Program-made: the position numbers and the translations under genes | Notes under the pieces: model-generated | What the model saw: the letters and a program-made list of their open reading frames with translations, nothing else | What the model was told of the DNA's origin: nothing | Databases searched by the model: none | In this document: positions 25,624 through 28,074 of the stretch, in pieces | How the letters are laid out: every line of letters begins with the position of its first letter | Numbering within the stretch: position 1 is the first letter of the stretch | NCBI GenBank assembly: GCA_964640855.1 | Contig: CAZXIX010000035.1 | Span: 9,309-37,382 of the forward strand | Source: an uncultured Saprospiraceae bacterium | GTDB lineage: Bacteria; Bacteroidota; Bacteroidia; Chitinophagales; Saprospiraceae | DNA length: 28,074 bases | Reading direction: 5' to 3'

Positions 25624-26835
25624 TTGTTAAACACCCATTTTTTGCAAGAACTCATTCAGAGATCTGACTTATTGGTAAGGAGAGCCCCTCTTGCGTTTCA
25701 ACGTCAGGTGCCGGGAAAACCGAACTGGGATTGGCGTATGAATGCCATTGTAGGGGCGCGGGGTGTCGGAAAAACGACCGTGCTGTTGCAGCGATTGAGG
25801 AAAGTTAGCGCGGAAGGGAAAGCGGGGCTTTATGTCACCCTCGACGATCCGTATTTCACCGAAGAAAAGCTGATTGGTGTAGCGGAGCAATTTGACCGGG
25901 AAGGTGGTGAGGTATTATTTATAGATGAAGTGCACAAATATCCAAATTGGGGTCGGGAACTCAAGAATATATACGATCTGCTACCCCAATTAAAAGTGGT
26001 TTTTTCGGGCTCGTCCGTATTGGATATTCATGCACAGGGAAAAGATTTGAGCCGCCGGGCTCTATATTATTCCTTGCCAGGACTTTCTTTTCGGGAGTAT
26101 CTGAAGCTGCAAAGGGTTTTGGACTACCCGGTTTTGGCCCTGGAATCATTGCTCCGGGAGCATCGGCAAATAGCTAATGATATCCTGTCTTCCATAAAAC
26201 CCATTCCTCATTTTAAGGACTATTTGAAAAAGGGTTATTACCCCTTTTTCGCAGAGCCGGAAAGGGATTATCAAATTACCTTAAGCCAACTTATTCAATT
26301 GGTTATAGAGGTGGATATGCAGTTTCTTGCCAATCTGGATCCTTACCAGGGGAGAAAGGTCGCTCAATTGCTGAGGATCATAGCACATTCACCTCCCTTC
26401 AAGCCCAACATAAGTAAGCTCAGCGAGCGTATTGGCGTAGAGCGAAAAACACTTCAGCGATATCTCCACTACCTGGACCGAGCCAGGCTTCTTCGATTGG
26501 CAACCCTTCCGGAGGGAAATACGAGTATTTTACAAAAGCCGGATAAGGTGTTTCTCGAGAACCCCAACCTCTACTATGCACTGGCGGGTGAAGAACCACA
26601 GAGGGGTAGCCTTCGGGAGACATTTTTTTTGAATCAAGTCAGTGCTTCACATCAAGTCAGCCTGCATCGGAAAACCGATTTCCTGGTGGATGAAAAATGG
26701 TCTTTCGAGATTGGGGGGCGAGCCAAGTCGAAGGCGCAGATCAAAGAATTGGAGAATGCCTATATCGCTGCTGATGATATTGAGATCGGATATGGAAAGA
26801 CCATACCGCTTTGGCTTTTTGGCTTTTTGTATTGA
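25624..26835 (+). CDS. Second AAA+ ATPase of the COG1373/DUF4143 family (paralog of 16665-17816); start codon uncertain (TTG at 25624)
   Basis: Walker A GARGVGKTT, Walker B LFIDEVHKY, and the same overall layout as the first paralog. A perfect hairpin cccaaaaa-aatgcta-tttttggg abuts the putative start. Confidence 0.75.
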   Translation: MLNTHFLQELIQRSDLLVRRAPLAFQRQVPGKPNWDWRMNAIVGARGVGKTTVLLQRLRKVSAEGKAGLYVTLDDPYFTEEKLIGVAEQFDREGGEVLFIDEVHKYPNWGRELKNIYDLLPQLKVVFSGSSVLDIHAQGKDLSRRALYYSLPGLSFREYLKLQRVLDYPVLALESLLREHRQIANDILSSIKPIPHFKDYLKKGYYPFFAEPERDYQITLSQLIQLVIEVDMQFLANLDPYQGRKVAQLLRIIAHSPPFKPNISKLSERIGVERKTLQRYLHYLDRARLLRLATLPEGNTSILQKPDKVFLENPNLYYALAGEEPQRGSLRETFFLNQVSASHQVSLHRKTDFLVDEKWSFEIGGRAKSKAQIKELENAYIAADDIEIGYGKTIPLWLFGFLY

Positions 26836-27075
26836 ATGATCAAGGCTGCTGCCCCGCTCGATCGGCCTGAGAGCTGTTGCCGAGCCGTAGAGTAGAGATA
26901 ATGGGCAGAACAAATTACTCGGTTTATTAAGCAAATTTACCCGGCATATTGAGTAATTTACAAATGCCATTTTTACCCCCGTGCTCAAGTGCCAACGCTC
27001 ATTTCGAAGCCTTGTCTTTAGCCCTAACGAAACCTCGTTTGTCAGAATCCTCGACCTTAGCCTATCGTAATTCCC

Positions 27076-28074
27076 ATGCCTAACGAAAACTACACCTACG
27101 ACCTGCTCATTATCGGCGGAGGTGTAATGGGCACCTTCCATGCCTACCATGCGCTTCAGGCAGGTCTGCAAGTGGCTTTGCTGGAGAAAAACCGGTTTCC
27201 GCAAGGCGCTACGGTCCGAAACTTTGGGCAGATCGTCCCTTCCGGGTTGGATACCCATTGGCAACCGCTCGGCCGGGAGAGTCTGAAGTTGTACCGGAGC
27301 ATCCAGGAAAAAGGCGATATCTCGCTTCGCCACCAGGGGTCGGTGTATCTGGCTTCCAATGAGGAAGAAATAACTTTGATCGAAGAATTGGCTGAGATCA
27401 ACCGGGAGAATGATTATCCATCGCAGGTGCTGACGGCTGCACAATGCATAGAACGTTACCCGGGTCTCAAAGGATCTTATTGCCGGGCTGGGCTCTTCTT
27501 CCCGGAGGAAGTCAATCTCGACCCGAGGCTGGCTGTAGGCCGGATATTGGAATTTCTCGTCGAACAGAAGGGATTGGCTTATTTCCCGAGTACTTTGGCT
27601 ACCACCGTAGAAGATACTGGGGCAACTTGCAAAATCATTTCGGCTGACGATCGTAAATGGATGGCAAGCCGGGTCGTGATTTGCAGCGGGAGTGATTTCC
27701 GGTTTCTGTTTCCGGAGGAATTCAGATCCAGTGAAATCCAGGTGGTGAAAATTCAGATGCTCCAGACGGTCTCCCAGCCCGCTCAACGCATACCGGGATC
27801 TGTTCTGACCGGGAGGACGATACGGCGTTACGAAAGCTTTTCGGAATGCCCATCCTTTCCCGGAATAAAAGCCCGGGAATCGCAGGAAGACCCTTTTGTC
27901 CGGCAGGGCATTCACATTTTGTTCAAGCAAGCGGCTGACGGCTCGGTGATCGTAGGGGACTCCCACACCTATGCGCCGGTTGTCCGGGAAGATGAATTGG
28001 GCTTTGACGTCGAAGGGGAGATCAACGACCTCATACTTCGGGAAGCTCGGGAAATCTTTGAATTGGAGTCGTGG
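27076..28074 (+). CDS. FAD-dependent oxidoreductase, N-terminal 333 codons (continues past the window end); missing from the ORF track because it has no stop in the window
   Basis: ATG 27076 gives MPNENYTYDLLIIGGGVMGTFHAYHALQAGLQVALLEKN (GxGxxG Rossmann dinucleotide-binding motif). The frame is open to nt 28074. Confidence 0.8.
   Translation, partial: MPNENYTYDLLIIGGGVMGTFHAYHALQAGLQVALLEKNRFPQGATVRNFGQIVPSGLDTHWQPLGRESLKLYRSIQEKGDISLRHQGSVYLASNEEEITLIEELAEINRENDYPSQVLTAAQCIERYPGLKGSYCRAGLFFPEEVNLDPRLAVGRILEFLVEQKGLAYFPSTLATTVEDTGATCKIISADDRKWMASRVVICSGSDFRFLFPEEFRSSEIQVVKIQMLQTVSQPAQRIPGSVLTGRTIRRYESFSECPSFPGIKARESQEDPFVRQGIHILFKQAADGSVIVGDSHTYAPVVREDELGFDVEGEINDLILREAREIFELESW

Noticed and set aside
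26647-27966. 439-aa minus-strand ORF
   Set aside because: It is opposite a plus-strand frame that opens at ATG 27076 with a GxGxxG FAD-binding motif and runs to the window end. The minus ORF has no motifs, and it overlaps the 3' end of the AAA ATPase gene.
1-28074. CRISPR array, prophage or IS transposase content
   Set aside because: No regularly spaced identical direct repeats with unique spacers were seen. No integrase-, transposase- or capsid-like ORFs were found. The tandem arrays present have 7-8-bp units, not 28-37-bp units.

Overview
This 28-kb window looks like chromosomal DNA from a moderately GC-rich Bacteroidota-like organism. That guess rests on a T9SS C-terminal sorting domain fragment, DUF4143 AAA ATPases, a TlpA-like lipoprotein, a hybrid kinase with an AraC output and AT-rich ribosome-binding regions. 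It is an inference from gene content, not a database hit.

Gene content, in order:
- The 3' end of a histidine kinase (1-756).
- A cytoplasmic hybrid histidine kinase with the layout REC-HisKA-HATPase-REC-AraC (1500-3524).
- A small intradiol-dioxygenase-like lipoprotein whose signal peptide is cut from the mature domain by an in-frame TAG (3591-4214).
- A plus-strand operon: RsbW-like anti-sigma kinase, STAS antagonist (RsbV-like), an 864-aa multidomain protein, and an IMPase/CysQ-family phosphatase (4513-8793).
- A convergent minus-strand gene for a cNMP-binding PP2C (SpoIIE/RsbU-type) phosphatase (8817-10016).
- A tight minus-strand nitrogen cluster amtB-glnK-glnA followed by a flotillin (10463-14813).
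- Hsp20, two DUF4143 AAA ATPase paralogs, a TlpA-like thioredoxin lipoprotein, a sugar-1-P nucleotidyltransferase plus APH-family kinase pair (AmgK/MurU-like), a 5'-truncated T9SS cargo fragment, a DUF202 membrane protein, an aldo-keto reductase, dinB, and the 5' part of a FAD-dependent oxidoreductase that runs off the window edge.

The most interesting candidate is the 864-aa protein. Its middle is an aminoglycoside-phosphotransferase/protein-kinase-like fold with the catalytic HGD and IDW motifs intact. Its C-terminal ~300 aa reads as a complete NUDT9-homology domain (cap plus core) but without a recognisable Nudix box. This resembles the ADP-ribose-sensing NUDT9-H domain of TRPM2 channels more than an ADPR hydrolase. 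The protein sits inside a partner-switching module that has no sigma factor gene in the window. It is translationally coupled to an IMPase-like phosphatase. The module is flanked by copies of an undescribed modular intergenic repeat family with heptamer and octamer tandem arrays (three copies at 792-1300, 4213-4440 and 10070-10350, plus an array fragment upstream of dinB).

The many long opposite-strand ORFs in the track are antisense shadows of these genes and are rejected.
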